A DNA stretch of 64,000 nt from Anaeramoeba ignava BMAN. Its lineage: Eukaryota > Protista > Anaeramoebae. Shown piece after piece: positions 63,701-64,000 of the stretch. The DNA lies in contig JAPDFW010000081.1 in assembly GCA_028826165.1 (NCBI GenBank), positions 1,116,001 through 1,180,000 on the forward strand, read 5' to 3'. The number at the start of each line of letters is the position of its first letter. Position 1 is the first letter of the stretch. The notes under the pieces were generated by a model. It saw only the letters and a list, made by a program, of their open reading frames with translations. It made no database searches and was not told where the DNA came from. The position numbers were made by a program, and so were the translations under genes.

Positions 63701-63975
63701 AAACCAAGATCGAATACGTTTCTTGACTTGCATTTTTCGCACGCGATCACAGTGTACAGTTTCGATTCAGGATGCAGCTCGATCTCCTTGCTTCTTGTGA
63801 ATAGTAAGTGTTGAATTATATGTGAACTTGGTGCTTTCCCAAAGCAATTGCACATCCATTTCCCTGTAGATGTGCATCGCACAAGGTAATCTACCCCAGA
63901 GATCCCGCAATATGCACATCTGATTTGTGTAGTGCTTGATTTTGTTTTTGGATCAATCTCTTCGTTTTGTTCCAT
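60726..63975 (-). CDS. UPF1: UPF1 / Nam7 nonsense-mediated decay SF1 helicase, about 946 aa, 2 exons
   Basis: Exons 63975-62325 and 61915-60726 join as DETTQ|ATEPE. CH zinc domain (CAYCG...KWMCN...HIIQHL...RNVFDLGF), QGPPGTGKT, CAPSNIAVD, VGDHFQLGP, QYRMHP, VDSFQGREKD, RRLNVSITRAR. SQ-rich tail. Confidence 0.92.
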
Positions 63976-64000
63976 ATCTTTTTTTTTATTTATAAAATTA

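Noticed and set aside
60726-63975. Possible inteins in UPF1, eIF2-gamma or the kinesin
   Set aside because: Conserved motifs are contiguous, with no large insertion bounded by C/S...HN-C/S/T and no homing endonuclease motifs.
1-64000. Alternative genetic code, tRNA/rRNA genes or autonomous transposons
   Set aside because: TAA and TAG terminate conserved proteins at expected positions and TGG encodes Trp. No structured RNA gene, transposase or reverse transcriptase was recognisable by eye, though small ncRNAs cannot be excluded without a covariance search.

Overview
Very AT-rich, gene-dense eukaryotic nuclear DNA with the standard genetic code and GT-AG spliceosomal introns. The large intronless RCC1-BTB family and (AAAATT)n/EN/QN microsatellites resemble an Anaeramoeba-like metamonad protist; this is inference only. 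Manual exon tracing gives 17 protein genes: six RCC1-BTB genes (one partial at the window edge, one 5'-truncated), CENP-E/kinesin-7, an ankyrin-DHHC protein with a degenerate active site, a 25-exon ankyrin gene largely invisible to the ORF track, RalGAP-beta, an LRR protein, EB1, exportin-5, a beta-propeller/FN3 surface receptor, eIF2-gamma, a Nam8/RBP45-type RRM protein, a nucleotidyltransferase-ankyrin protein and UPF1. The standout is the ankyrin gene at 15315-18096 (-). Each repeat is one phase-0 exon, and the variable beta-hairpin residues between repeats are encoded by 13 single-codon (3-nt) exons plus one 6-nt exon. Conserved residues of eIF2-gamma also require 3-, 9- and 11-nt exons, which supports real splicing of such exons in this organism. 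Most short ORFs in the track are microsatellite artefacts. All gene models are manual and need RNA-seq confirmation.
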